Shown here: positions 1-12,838 of the stretch, in pieces
Position numbering within the stretch: position 1 is the stretch's first letter
Layout of the letters: each line of letters begins with the position of its first letter
Assembly (NCBI GenBank): GCA_964016885.1
Contig: OZ024742.1
Location: forward strand, 72,416,001 to 72,480,000
From: Eledone cirrhosa
Lineage: Eukaryota
DNA: 64,000 bases
Direction: 5' to 3'
Program-made: the position numbers and the translations under genes
The notes under the pieces: generated by a model
What the model was told of the DNA's origin: nothing
Seen by the model: only the letters and a program-made list of their open reading frames with translations
Database searches by the model: none

Positions 1-203
1 AGAGGAAAATAATAATCAAAATCTGGATTGTCTTTTCATGTTTGGTTAATTAATTGACAATAAAAAAAAATGAACACATAAGGTGAGGTATAAGGTCTTT
101 ACATTGAATAGGAATATTGAATATCAGATATCAAATTTATTGTATATGGATAGTTTACATAAAATATTAATCAACCATAATACTACGCCATATGTATATA
201 TAA

Positions 204-379
204 TTGTTTCTACTTTTGGCACAAGGCCAGCTATTACCCCAGTGTATTACTGGTACTTTATTTTATCGACCCTGTAAGGATGAAAGGCAAAGTTAACCTC
301 GGTGGGATTTGAACTCAGAATGGCAAGGGCCGTAACTCAATACGTCCGACCCTCTACCGATACTGCCAATCCACCGCCC
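204..379 (-). mobile_element. tRNA-derived SINE with Meta/Sauria-like central domain
   Basis: Minus strand reads GGCGGTGGATTGGCAG (A box)...GAGTTCAAATCCC (B box)...ACTTTGCCTTTCATCCTTAC..GGTCGATAAAATAAAGTACCAG. At least 10 further copies occur in the window (e.g. 10710, 17110, 30305, 33460, 52100, 61388). Confidence 0.85.
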
Positions 380-554
380 TTATGTATATATAATATATAT
401 ATATCATCATTTAAAGCCCATCATTTAATGGCGCTATGCAGTTGTACGGAAGACCCGCCTTGCATACAAACCTACAGTCAGTAGGCACCTCTTAACCCAA
501 TATACACCCCACCCCACACACCCGACCCCATCTTCCCATTTCCGTCCACTGTGT

Positions 555-1320
555 CAGTGAGACCTGGGCATTGTGTGCAGAGGATATACGCAGACTGGAG
601 AGGAATGAAGCTTGCATGCTCCGCTGGATGTGTAATAGTAATATACGTGAACGGCAAAGCATAAACGAACTAAGGGAGAAATTAGGAATAAGAGGGATCA
701 GATGTTTACTCGAGAGAAGACTACGTTGGTATGGTCACGTGATGCGCATGAAAGACGACAGCTGTATAAAAAAGTGCAGGGCGATCAAAATAGACCGTAG
801 CCACGGAGTAGGCAGACCCAGAAAAACCTGGGACGACTTGATAAATTCCGACCTCACACACTTACACCTTTCCAAGACAATGTCACTGGACCGAGATCTT
901 TGGCGATACACAGTAATACAGAAGACCCGCCTTGCCTAAGTACAAAGCGAAACCTACAGTCAGTAGGCACCTCTAACAAAAACACACCCCGTCCCACTAC
1001 CCCCACCCCATCCACACCACCCCTTTCAATGTAAAGTTATGTTGGTACTACAACATCCAGGCCGAAACAAATGAGGTCGTGTAGGTGTCACGACAAAAAA
1101 ACACAGTCCACGCTGTAATGTGGCCGTGTAGGTAACACGGTAAAAACCTCCCAGTTCCACACTGTAAATGTGGTTGGTGTTAGGAAGGGCATCCAGCCGT
1201 AGAAAACCCGCCAGACAGTCCTATACGAGCAAGACAACCAATCTTGCCTCAAGTGGGAAAATTCCCGTCCAAACCCATGCAAGCGTGGAAGATGGACGTT
1301 AAACGATGATGATGATGATG
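555..1320 (+). mobile_element. 5'-truncated RTE LINE (3' end of ORF plus 3' UTR and (GAT)n tail)
   Basis: ORF 571-939 (ACMLRWMC...RRLRWYGHVMR...GRPRKTW) is nearly identical to the C-terminus of the intact element at 44845-48108. Confidence 0.92.
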
Positions 1321-1800
1321 AGTCGGTGGCACAACAAAAAGCACCCAGTCCACACTGTAAAGTGGTCGTGTAGGAGACACAGTAAAAAGGCTCCCAGTCC
1401 ACACTGTAAATGTGGTTGGTGTTAGGAAGGGCATCAAGCCGTAGAAAACCTGCCAGAGACAGTTCTGTATGAGCGAGACATGGTCTCCTGACCAATCCCG
1501 CATCAAATGAAACAAAACCGTCTAACCCCATGCTAGCATGGAAGATGGACGTTAAAAGATGATGTTGATGATTCCACGCTAGCATGGGATAGACGGGTTG
1601 TCCCATTAGAGGCAAGTTGGGTCAGGTGACAGTGTCTTGCTCATATGGAACTGTTTCTGGCTAGGTTTCTACGGTTGATGCCCTTCTCAATGCCAACCAC
1701 ATTTACAGTGTATGCCAGGTGCTTTATGTTGTGACCACCACACAACCACCTTACAGTGTGGGTTGAGTGCTTTTTGTCGGGACACCCACATTTTACAGTC
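1321..1800. mobile_element. Two non-autonomous RTE-tail elements in opposite orientations
   Basis: Both share the RTE 3' UTR motifs (AAGGGCATCCAGCCGTAGAAAAC, CCCATGCTAGCATGGAA, (GAT)n) and a ~39-bp internal tandem unit. The + copy runs to ~1570 and the - copy follows. Confidence 0.7.
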
Positions 1801-2261
1801 TATACATCTCTCAGCAAGGAGCATTCCTACTCCACCCAGAATAATTTGTTTCATTGTCTTTTGCCTGTGATGAATCTGGCTGAAGCACCCCTCCACTTAC
1901 TTCTTGCACACAACACACATCTACTCGTCTCCTCCCTAGCATCCCCACAACCTCACCATTCTCCCAACATTGATGGTGACAAATCTTAAGTTCTGCATTT
2001 GATGATCATGATCAGGAGGTTGCATGTGTGTCTTGCTTATTTTCATGGGCCTGAAAAGTAGGAAGACAGCACAACCTCTTGGAGATAGTTAAGGTATGAA
2101 CATGCATGTTAAGGTCTTTACTGTATTGTGTAATCGCTCAGATGCCTGTGATTTCCTTCAGCATCAGTGACAGCTGGGATCACTTCTAGTCATTAGGTCA
2201 ATCATACTTTGTATGGGCCTCCTACTGATCTCTGATGTAGTGGGTATAGTGTTTACTACAT

Positions 2262-4085
2262 ATATAAATCCCCAATAAACTAAACACAGGGATTGGCTAA
2301 TGAAGTTGACAGTTATAGAGTCAAAGAAGCATTCAGGAAGATGAATCATGGAAAAGCTGCTGGATCGTCAGAGATAGCCACTGAGATGCCAAAATCATCT
2401 AGTGAAGTAAGAGACAAGCTAGTCAACTGCATAGTTAATCAAGTAATACATGATGTTGTCATATCTAATGATGAGTGTAGTAGAACAATCATTAATTGTT
2501 ACAAGGGAAAAGATGATGCTCTAGAAAGGAGCAACTACAGAGGCCTAAAAACTGATAAATCAAGTTATGAAAGTGTCAAAGAATTAGGGAAAATAGATGA
2601 GATGCTGTTTGGATTTGTGCCAGGAAAGAGTACCACAAGTGCTTTCTTCTAACTGAGACAACTAAAAGAAAAGTTCCTAGCTATGTGTAAGCTGCTATAT
2701 CTAGCTTTCATTGATCTAGAGAAGGTATTTGTCAGAGTACCATGTTATCTGGCGATTCCTAGGGAAAGAAGGTGTAATAAAGTGCGAGTAGGTAATGAGT
2801 TTCGTGAGGAATTCAATGTGCAAGTAATTGTTCATCTGGTCTGTCCTCAGTTGACTCCTGTTTAACATAGTTCTCCAGGCCATAAGAGGAGAGTTTAAGA
2901 TCGGCTATGCATGGGAATTTTTGTATGCTGATTACCTATGGAAGAGATAAGAGAAGAAATTCCTGTTGTGGAAACAGAACTTAGAATCAAAATTCAACAT
3001 GAATTTAACAAAGACTAAAGATTTAGTGTTCTTCTTCTTTGCTCACTTACTCCTGAGAAGGTTGTTGGGGCAGAGTCCTCCTTATACCACAAGTGCAAGA
3101 AGGAGGACTTATTTCCGAGCCAAGTTTTGAAGGCAGCCTTCTTTGCTCGCATGATATCTTTTACCTCTTGATAGAACCAAGGGGTCCCCCTGCAATCCAG
3201 CGATACACCAAACCACTTTCGCCCTAAAGATTTAGTAAGAAAGAAAATAGGACTCTGAATCTTTCAGAGAAGTGGCTGTGCTCAATATGTAGAAAAGGAG
3301 AAGGTAGGAACACTATACAATGTACACAATGTAAGGCATGGATACACAAGCTGTAGTGGGATAGCTAGCTGGCTAACAGACTTTGTATGTGGCAGATATA
3401 TAGGGGTAGGTGGGAGTAAGAGTCCCAATAGAACATAACATTTTCCAATCCCAGAAAAGATCCACAGAAGTAGTTGATAGTTTCTATTACACAGCGGATC
3501 TAATTAGTAATAGAGGAGGTAGCTCTGAAAGCATAGTAGCTAGAGTAAGAACAGGAGAGGAAAGGTTCGGGAAACAACTACCTCTGTTGACATCAAGAGG
3601 CTTCTATGAATGAAAGGCTGGCTGTATGATGCCTGTGTGCGATGTTGCATGGTAATGAGACATGGGAAGTGGATGAAGAGGATATGCAAAGGCTGGAGAG
3701 AAACAAAGCAAGCATTCTTCAATGGATGTGCAATGTTAATTTGTCTAAATGACAAAACATAGATGAACTGAGAGAAAAGGGTATTGAAGGAATCAGATGT
3801 AGGGTGCAAGGGAGAAGACTGGGCTGGTATAAACATGATGATTGTTGGGGATCTAAATAGCAGTAGAGGAGGTTGTTCTGAAAGCATAGTAGCTATGAAC
3901 AGGCTGGAAAGAGTTCAGAGAACTATTATCCCTGTTGACAATAAAATATTTCTCTCCATGAACAAAAGACCAGTTGTATGATGCATGCATGTGAAGTGCA
4001 ATACTGCAAGGGAATGAAAGAAAAGTGGGTACAAGAGGAATTAGATGTAGAGTGCAAGAGAGAAGACCATGCTGGTATGAACTGG
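2262..4085 (+). mobile_element. Decayed RTE LINE (RT region to C-terminus)
   Basis: Frameshifted pieces: GKAAGSSEI, CYKGKDDALERSNYRG, LYLAFIDLEK, ELLYAD-like, PHD remnant, RLGWY. Confidence 0.85.
3028..3223 (-). mobile_element. Short internally deleted RTE-family derivative nested in older RTE
   Basis: 13-bp TSD CTAAAGATTTAGT at 3015-3027 and 3224-3236; (GAA)n tail; internal TPWFYQEVKDIMRAKKAAFKTWL resembles the RTE linker. Confidence 0.75.
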
Positions 4086-4626
4086 ATTTAGCTGTTACTT
4101 CTAGCAGGTCAAGCAACCATAGAGACTCCCTCATTGGCTTATATCTAATTGTGGGATAATTAGTGGTATAAATGTTGAAATCAACCCTGGTATATGGCTG
4201 ATATATATATATACGGAGCTACTGTAGCAATATTACCATAGCAACACTATTGCCAAGGTGATGATGTTACAGAACTACCATAGTAACAAAATTGTTAAAA
4301 TGAAAGCTTTGGTGACATTTCCATGGTAAAGGAACTGCCACAGCAACAACATTGGCAGAGTGGCAGAACTTTTGTGAAAACAAGGTCATGTTTACCATAG
4401 CAACATACTTAGTGGAAAAATTATAAGTTCTTCTGTAACAGACAATTGTAAATATGGCAACTGTAGAGAGGAGGCTAAGATAATCTGGTGAAGTCAGAAG
4501 AGGATAACACAAGAAGTAGGAGAGACCTCCTTTCACCTACAACTCTGGCCTCTAACAACAAGACAACAACCAGCACTACTAACACATCTAACAAACACAT
4601 TAAGACAATTAGTGTTAATTACTTAC

Positions 4627-4755
4627 GAGATTAACTTGCTTGATATGTTTACCAATGACAACACTGCGACCAAAGGTCATGAGGTGCGATGATATCATTG
4701 TCCTGAGGAAATCCTCTTCGATACTGTGAGATGGACAGAGGATACTGTCATCAAC
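4627..4755 (-). CDS. C9orf72: C9orf72 homologue, coding exon 3
   Basis: Polypyrimidine CAG acceptor and GTAAGT donor; 129 nt, phase 0/0. Encodes VDDSILCPSHSIEEDFLRTMISSHLMTFGRSVVIGKHIKQVNL, cf. human AISSHLQTCGCSVVVGSSAEKVNK. Confidence 0.93.
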
Positions 4756-5127
4756 CTGAGAGGAAAATGGAAGAGGAGAGAATCAGGGGTAAATATTGAA
4801 ATAAACATTAGGATCACAGTGATGATGATGATCACAACAACCTGTATTTTAAACATAATTACTATTATTATTATCTTCATCAAGGGCAGTGAATTAACAG
4901 AGTCGGTAGAGCATCAAACAAGTGTTGATTGTGGCTTGCTTAGCATTTCATGTTGGAGACTATGTATATCCCTACTGTTTTCCAGTTACTAGCAGTTCTC
5001 AATGTGTCAGTGATTTCCACAATTGCACCCCTACTGCTGCATTAGAAGTTTAAGGCCCATGAATAGGTACTATTACTGGCACTGTGATGTGTCCAGTAGT
5101 GAAGACAGCTTATTCTCAGATGAACTC

Positions 5128-5243
5128 AGAACATCTTTGATGATAGATCGGCTGTATTAGTGTTTGTCAACAGGTAAACAGCAATCATTGCTTTTACCCC
5201 TAGACAAACACTAATACAGCCGATCAATCATCAAAGACGTTCT
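5128..5243. repeat. Near-perfect ~116-nt fold-back inverted repeat
   Basis: 41-bp arms at 5128-5168 and 5203-5243 with about 2 mismatches, plus inner GGTAAA/TTTACC and GCAAT/ATTGC pairing. Confidence 0.9.
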
Positions 5244-6171
5244 AACTGTGACCATTCCGTCTATCTGTCAGACAAAAATAATATATCTAGGGCTATGTGG
5301 ACACAGCATGGCTGAATGGTTAAGAGGTTTGCTTCACAATTATTAGGTCTCGGGGTCAATCCCAATGTGTGGTATCTTGATCAAGTGTCATTTACCATAG
5401 CCTCAGGTCAATCCATATTTTGGGAATAAAAGTGGGTAGATGGAAGCCTGTCAGATCAACTGTACCTATAATTCAAAGTATCACACTGTGTTACTCTGAA
5501 TCTCCAAGGACATGACAACCTCCCTGCCTAGTATCTACATGAGACTACATAAGCGAAACACAGATCCCTGGCTTGTCTGGGAGTTCAGTGGCTCTGTTTC
5601 AGTACTGATTTGGTCTATGTAGACCCATCCAACTCTTGCTAGTAGGGAGAGTAAACGTTAAAACAATGATGATGATGATGATGTACACATGTTTATGGAA
5701 TGCTCAGCTGCTTAAATATTCGCCTCATTGATTAAACAATTGGAACTGATTGTCAAAGCGGACATCATTTCATCTTGGACTACATTATCTGAGAGGTGCT
5801 AAATTTTTGAAGGTAGTAAAATATGATTTTATATTCATATATTTCCGTCACTAATTTTCTCCTAATGCAGTTTATATATATCTTTTTTTAATGTATCATG
5901 GATTACGTTACTGATTACATAAGACAATGTAACGAAGTCTTCGTTCAATTTCTGTGGATATTGTCAATTACGATTTTATTTGATGTATCATATCTACATG
6001 TGTATATACTTGCATATAATATTAATATGCACACTGCACATGCTAGCAGAAAACCACTCGAAGGGTGGTTTTTCTGCTAGTACCAGTAATGTACTGAGAT
6101 TGTTTTGCCTATCTGCAAACTCGTGACCTTCAATCAAGAAATCATCAACATCACTAGTAGTAGTTGTAGTG

Positions 6172-6272
6172 GAGGCACGTGGCCTAATAGTTTAGGATGT
6201 TGTACTCAAGATCATAAGGTCGTGGGTTCAACTCCCAGACTAGGCAATGCATTGTATTCTTGAACAAAATCC
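6172..6272 (+). mobile_element. tRNA-derived SINE, second family (5' part)
   Basis: GGCACGTGGCCTAATAG (A box) and GGGTTCAACTCCC (B box). Related copies at ~5300-5450, 35941-36230 and 42930-43103 (-). Confidence 0.7.
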
Positions 6273-6954
6273 TTGACCTGCAGACAGTATCAGCAATAGA
6301 AAGACAAAAGGAAACATTGTTTCCATGGTTCATTCTGACAGTCGTCGTCATGACAGTTGCCATCGTCGTGACAGCAGCAACAGTGGTGGTGGTGGTGGGA
6401 TAGGAGCAGGAAGCTAATTCAAATCATTTATTCCTTTTCAATATATACACTCACACCTAATATGTTGACCCCCCTACACAAGCATCAACACATCACATGA
6501 CACCCCAGTGCCAAACACCAACCAAATATAAATCACTATTTCAACCTTACCATAAGTCATTTTCAGATTTCTTCCATTCTGTTTTGAACCCCGCCTACTC
6601 CACTCTGCAGTCAGTGTTACCATGGTTACGCACCCTTCACCTACCCATTCACAAACACCAGGTAGACAGATTGACAGGTATGAAGCAAACAGGTGATGTC
6701 ACATCACCTGAATAGAGTCCCTCTTGCTATCATATTAAATATTGCACTGTCATGTCAGTAATAAAAATCAATTCACACATACACACTATCTCTCTTTGAT
6801 AATCAATACACAAAAGCTGCCAGCTTTCTATAAAAACCCAATCAATAAAATCATAGGTAACATGAATTCGTGATGAGGATTTTCTTGATCTATCAGTGAG
6901 ATTGATTGATTGATTAATATACGATGATGATGATGATATATATACACACACACA

Positions 6955-7900
6955 TATCATCATCATTATCATTTTATGCCTACTTTCCAGCACATCATTC
7001 CTCCACTCGTTGTAGCCCTTTGTCATCTCTGTGAGCTTCAGCAATGTTATCAACTCTCACAACCTACACTTAGGTCTTCCTTGGTCTCTTACTTCCACTG
7101 AGATTTCTTGACATTTCTTCACCCAACGATCATCATCCATATACATCACGTCTATACCAGCACACACTTCTATCCTGCACACTACATCTGATTCCTTTTA
7201 TACTCATCTTTTCTCTCAGTTCATCCATGCTTTGTTATTCACGCATACTAATGTTGCACATCCCTCAAAGCATACTCCATTTTTCTCAAGCCTTTGCATA
7301 TTATCTGCATTTATTATCCATGTCTCACCACCATGCAACATCAAGCAGCCCGCCTTTCGTTCATAGAGAGAAACCTTTTCTTGTCAACAGTGGTAGTTGT
7401 TCTCTGAACTTTCTCCATCCTATTCTTATTCTAGCTATTATGCTCTCAGTACAGCCTCCTTCCCCACTAATTTTATCAGCTAAGTAGCAGAATCTATCCA
7501 CCATTTCTATGGATCCTTCCTGAGATTGGTAAAAGTTTATTTCACTGATGCTCTTACTACCAACTATCCCTGTGCTTATGCTATATACAAAGTCTACCAT
7601 TTTTTTTAGTTTACTAGCTATCCCATTACACCTCCTATTTACAGTATACAAAATTTCTACCTTTTCCTTTTCTAAACAGTATATCAAGCAAGGCCAAGTC
7701 CCTGATAGGATTCTATTTTCTGTTTCCAAAGCTGGAATTTCTTCTCTAGCTCTTCTACCAATTTAGCTATAAGAACCATGCCATCAGCATATGAACAACC
7801 AATCTTAAACTCCTATGTTATGGCCTGGAGAACTATAATAAACAGGAGTGGGCTGATGACTGAATCATGATGAACACCTACCTTCCTAGTTTCCTTAGGG
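6955..7900 (-). mobile_element. Decayed RTE LINE 3' fragment
   Basis: ORF 7361-7729 (YLADKISGEGGCTESIIARIRIGWRKFREQLPLL); (GAT)n tail at ~6958. Confidence 0.85.
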
Positions 7901-8463
7901 ACCAATCAGCCATTCTGCTTCGTGCATTTCCTGCACTATATATATAAATTAAAGTCCTCATTAATTAACATCTGTTCTTCCATGCTGGCATGGATCATGT
8001 TTTTATATCAACGTTTTGAGGCTGTTTTATTTATTTATTTTTTTAAGCCAGGTGTCCTTCCCGATTCCAATTAATACTATATTTTCAAGTATGTTATATA
8101 CCGCTGAAGTTCTTGTACACTAAGATGTATTGCTTATGCAAGACAAAAACAAAAACAACCATTTTTCTTTTTAAATTGTGCTGATATGAAAGCAGTGCAT
8201 AGAAACAGACCACAATAAAAAGATCCAACCTACTCTGTAAAATTGTAGTAATTGTTTCATGACAAATTGCTCCCAGTACACACTGTAAAGTGGTTGGCAT
8301 TAGGAGGAGCGTACAGCCATAGAAACCAAGTCTAAAACAGACCATGTGAGCAAGATATGGTCACCCGACTAATATAGCTTCACTATGTGACAATCCATCT
8401 AATCTATGCAAGCATGCAAAATAGACATTAGATGATGATGTTTTGATGATATATATATATATA

Positions 8464-9470
8464 TTGCCCACAGAATACTAGCTCATTCCATTGCACAGAT
8501 GGTTCTATAGAAATAGTGGACAGCTTCCGTTACCTGGGTGACAAAATCAGCAGTGGGGGAGGGTGCTCTGAAAGTACTGTAGCTAGAGTCAGAACTGGAT
8601 GGAAAAAGTTCAGAGAGCTTATACCACTATTAGCCGCTAAAGGGTTCTCCCTAAAAATGAAAGGCAGGCTGTATGATGCCTGCATACGAACAGCAATGTT
8701 GCATGGCAGTGAGACCTGAGCATTGTGTGCAGAGGATATACGCAGACTGGAGAGGAACGAAGCTTGCATGCTCCGCTGGATGTGTAATAGTAATATACAT
8801 GAACAGCAAAGCATAAACGAACTAAGGGAAAAATTAGAATTAAGAGGGATCAGATGTTGTTTACTCGAGAGAAGGCTACGTTGGTATGGTCAAATGATGC
8901 GCATGAAAGACGACAGCTGTATAAAAAAGTGCAGGGCAATAAAAATAGACGGTAGCCACGGAGTAGGCAGACCCAGAAAAACCTGGGACGAGCTGATAAA
9001 TTCCAACCTCACACACACCTCTCCAAGACAATGTCACTGGACCGAGATCTTTGGCACTACACAGTAATAGAGAAGACCCGCCTTACCTAAGTACAAAGTG
9101 AAACCTACTACAGTCAGTAGGCACCTCTAACAAAATACACCCCCCGTCCCACTACCCCACCCCATCCACACCACCCCTTTCAATGTAAAGTTATGTTGGT
9201 ACCACAACATCCAGCCCGAAACAAATGAGGTCGTGTAGGTGTCACGACAAAAAAACACACAGTCCACGCTGTAATGTGGTCGTGTAGATAACACGGTAAA
9301 ATCCTCCCAGTTCCACACTCTAAATGTGGTTGGTGTTAGGAAGGGCATCCAGCCATAGAAAACCCGCCAGACAGTCCTATGCGAGCAAGACACCCACTCT
9401 TGCCTCAAGTGGGAAAACTCCCGTCCAAACCCATGCAAGCGTGGAATATGGACGTTAAACGATGATGATA
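8464..9470 (+). mobile_element. 5'-truncated young RTE LINE
   Basis: ORFs 8516-8719 and 8723-9067 match the intact RTE C-terminus except for a TGG>TGA stop; full 3' UTR and (GAT)n tail; flanked by (TA)n. Confidence 0.93.
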
Positions 9471-9586
9471 TATATATATATATACAAGCTCCCTCACAGT
9501 TTCCATCAACCAAACTCAATTACAAGTTCAAGGTTATTGTAGAAGACACTGAAAAAAAACATGGCAAAACAATGGTGATGAAGAAT

Positions 9587-9641
<55 letters not shown>

Positions 9642-9676
9642 TCATTTCATTGAAACATGAAATTTGTTTTACATAC

Positions 9677-9778
9677 TTCGACTTCAGTTGGTAGCCTGGC
9701 TTCGCTCAAAGATAGCACCATCTCTGTAAACTGACATAAGTAAGATGTAAATACAGACAGAGCTTCAATTCGAGAATC
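9677..9778 (-). CDS. C9orf72: C9orf72 homologue, coding exon 2
   Basis: TCTTGCAG acceptor and GTATGT donor; 102 nt, phase 0/0, open. Encodes DSRIEALSVFTSYLCQFTEMVLSLSEARLPTEVE, cf. human MELLSSMKSHSVPEEID; joins the flanking exons in frame. Confidence 0.88.
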
Positions 9779-10924
9779 CTGCAAGAGATACAAGAATGAA
9801 AAACAACAAACTTTCAATCCAGTGATGGAACATCTACATGACCACTCAATTTTCTCAATATCTATCCCTCAACAAATCCCCTCAAATGTTTAGAAATGTT
9901 GGTTGGGTGGGATGGCAATGGCTCACAAACCAGCAGAAGGCTGTATATGTAATTCCTCCGGCCTATACAACATACCAGCTAAATATTTTCCTTAACAAGT
10001 TCCCTACCATCTTTATAAGAGTATAATGCATATATGTATAGACCTACAATTCCCGGTGGAGATGTAGGGTGTTGTAGTGACATACAGCATGTCTTGAGGT
10101 GCCATAGATACATACAGCATATCTTGGAGGGTTGTAGTTACATAGTATGTCTTGGGCATTTTTAAACCTAGTGGAGGCCATTTCCTCTCCAGATCTGAAC
10201 ACAGCCAAGTTCTTCCAGAGGAGAAAAAGAGAGAGAGTGTATGTGTGTCATAGTGAGGAAGTGAGAAAGAGATATAGAGGAAGAATGAGCCCAGTGCTGA
10301 ACTGGTACTTTTCATTGACTTTGAAAGAATGAAAAGCAAAGTTGACCTCAGCATATTTCAAACTCAGAGAACAGAGAGCCAAAACAAATAAGGCAAAGCA
10401 TTCTATCCAACATTCTAACAAACCTAACAATTCACTGCCTATAAAATAATAGGGACAATATAAATCACCAGTTGACCTTTTATGAAGATTCCTTGTTCAA
10501 CTTTGCAGCCAGATGTCCATAAAAAGATCCCCACATATCTAATCCTTTTCATACCAAACCACCTGAACCTACTCCTGGTTCTGATACTAAGTCATTTGTT
10601 TTAACACACATATTTATCTAAAAACCTTGTATAATCATTTTATGTAAGAACCTCTAATGTTCCAAACACCAACTTTATAATAGGAAAGTTAGTTTTATTA
10701 GTAAATCCCTCAGTGGATTGGCAGAATCATTAGAGCGTCGGACAAAATACTTTGCGACCTTTAGTTATGACAAACTGGTCTTAAAATCTGTCATGGTCAA
10801 CTTTGCCTTTCAGCCTTTGGGGGCTAATAAAATAAAGCACCTGTAAAGTACTGAAGTACTGTAGTCTGTATAATCAACTTTCCTCTTCTCACAAATTTCT
10901 GGCTTTTTGCCTAAATTAGAAAAT

Positions 10925-11685
10925 ATGGTATGGCTGCAGGACCATAAGAGATAGTTGCTGAGATGCTAAAAGCATGGGAGAGTAGGAGTCAAACAAGAAC
11001 ACACATAGTCAATCAATTAATACAGGACGGAGTCATACCCAATGACTAGTGCAGAAATACAATCATAAATTGTTACAAGGGCAAAGGTGATGCTCTAAAA
11101 AGTAGCAACTATAGAGGAATAAAACTAATGAACCAAGCTATGAAAGCAAAGGAAAGAGTTATAGTGCAACTAATTAGGGAAAGAGTCAAATTAGACGAGA
11201 TGCAATTTGGTTTCATGCCTGGGAAAAGTACTACAGATGCCCTCTTCTTAGTGAGGCAACTACAAGAGAAGTTCCTAGCCAAGAATAAACCACTATATAA
11301 CTACCTGCATCAGTTGTTAGCTGTTGAGACACTGCATCCTTTAAGGCCTCCATGCTTTCTGAGATCCGCCAACACTACAGCTAATGTTCCCCCTCCATAC
11401 ACATATGTATACCATGACACTATTCACTTCCCTGACATTTGTGTATTATTCTATGTACTATACAGGTGTAGCACCTTTGACGAGTTGTAGTGCACCTAAG
11501 CACTTTACACAATAATTTCATTATTATTATTATTATTTAGCTTTTGTTGATCTAGAAAAGGCCTTTGACAGAGTAGCTCGATCTATCATCTGGTGGTCCT
11601 TAAGGACATTAGGTGTAGAACAATGGCTTGTGAGAGTAGTGCCAGCTATGTATAGAGGAGATGTCAGTAAAGTGAAAGTGGGAAG
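10925..11685 (+). mobile_element. RTE RT fragment interrupted by a CR1-type 3' end (11301-11538)
   Basis: QFGFMPGKSTTDALFLVRQLQEKFLAKNKPLY | insert ending (TTA)n | LAFVDLEKAFD. The insert matches the 3' end of the CR1 copy at 50120-50390. Confidence 0.85.
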
Positions 11686-11735
11686 CAAATATATATAGGG
11701 TTAGATAAATAGATAGAGAGAAACAAATAGCTTAC

Positions 11736-12305
11736 CTTTTCAAGAAGTACGCGTAGTTTACCAACCATTCGACTGATCCAACTGTAGATAAGATCAGAAA
11801 GATGGAGAAAATATTCCAGTTGGTCAAGCCGTATAATCAACGTGAGGCTGTGTAATGAAAGGCCATTGATACCATTAGCACTGAACACAAATACAACTGC
11901 TGCAACATTCTTGTCTGGAATGGTATGAATGCGCCAATCAGTGATGCTACTGCTTAGGTCTCGACACAGTTCTCCAGCCAAACCTTGCTTACAGATTTGC
12001 AGAAGGGTGGCTTGATCAAGTAGAAGAGCCTGACCATTAAACCACACCTGTTCAACACGAGGGCCAAGGATATTGTCCCAGTGACTAAACACAAACGTTG
12101 AGACCAGGATCTGTGCACTGTCTACGAGCTGTGACACTGTAAACTTGGAACAAGGACTCAGTAATGTAGCAGCAGTTGAGTCCTGTCCTTTGGATTGGTC
12201 AGTGGGGTAATGAAGATTTTGTGGAGGGGCTAAGTGAGAAGAATGTGAATGGTCCCGTTTTATTTTCATTATTGGAACGTAAGTGTCATTTTTATTAGTC
12301 TCCAT
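11736..12305 (-). CDS. C9orf72: C9orf72 homologue (DENN-like, longin region), first large coding exon
   Basis: 190 codons ending K|GTAAG. FSHWDNILGPRVEQVW...LAGELCR...RMVGKLRVLLEK matches human FAYWDNILGPRVRHIW...LNGEILR...RKGRIWMHK with the same exon end. The start ATG is uncertain: the frame is open 17 codons further upstream. Confidence 0.95.
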
Positions 12306-12571
12306 AGTAATGGATGAAGCAAATGGCGTTTTTTTCTTTAACAGTGGACATAAAATCTAATTTGTTATCAATAAGTTTATACTAAGTGGTCTAATTTTTA
12401 TCAGCATTTGAGTCCATTGTGTGTACATATATATATATATATATAGTAAGAGGGAGAGAGTACTTTATTAAATATTAAGTTGATTGTAACTTTTAGTTTA
12501 TGAAGACATAAATAACAAACTGACAAGACGGACAAAAAGGAAGTTGGATCTACAGAACAGAAAACCAACTT

Positions 12572-12838
12572 TCAAGACTGGAAGTAAATCATGGGCAATT
12601 CATTACGTACATGTAGGACTTGGACAATGTAGCTGGCCAGAAACATATTAGCTATAACAAAAGTTGCAGCTAAGAGCATCAGTGATGCTGACCAGGTGAT
12701 ATTTGGAGAGAGGTCCTGAGTTAGGTAGAGGAGAAAAATCATGAAACTCGCAACCACTACGAGCAAGAAAGCATAATTAACCAGCAAGATGATGACTTTG
12801 TCACGACTGACAACCTCTGTGATCCAGTCAACCTTCAT
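12572..12838 (-). CDS. Small two-TM membrane protein, VMA21-like (88 aa), upstream of C9orf72
   Basis: ATG at 12838 to TGA at 12572; two hydrophobic helices. VIILL..FLLVVV...QDLSPN..S..LAA...ANMFLASYIV resembles the VMA21 pattern (yeast QQFTPNTLISGGLAAAMANVVLIVYIV). A strong acceptor lies upstream at 12959-12960; the sequence is non-repetitive. Confidence 0.55.
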   Translation of the reverse strand: MKVDWITEVVSRDKVIILLVNYAFLLVVVASFMIFLLYLTQDLSPNITWSASLMLLAATFVIANMFLASYIVQVLHVRNELPMIYFQS

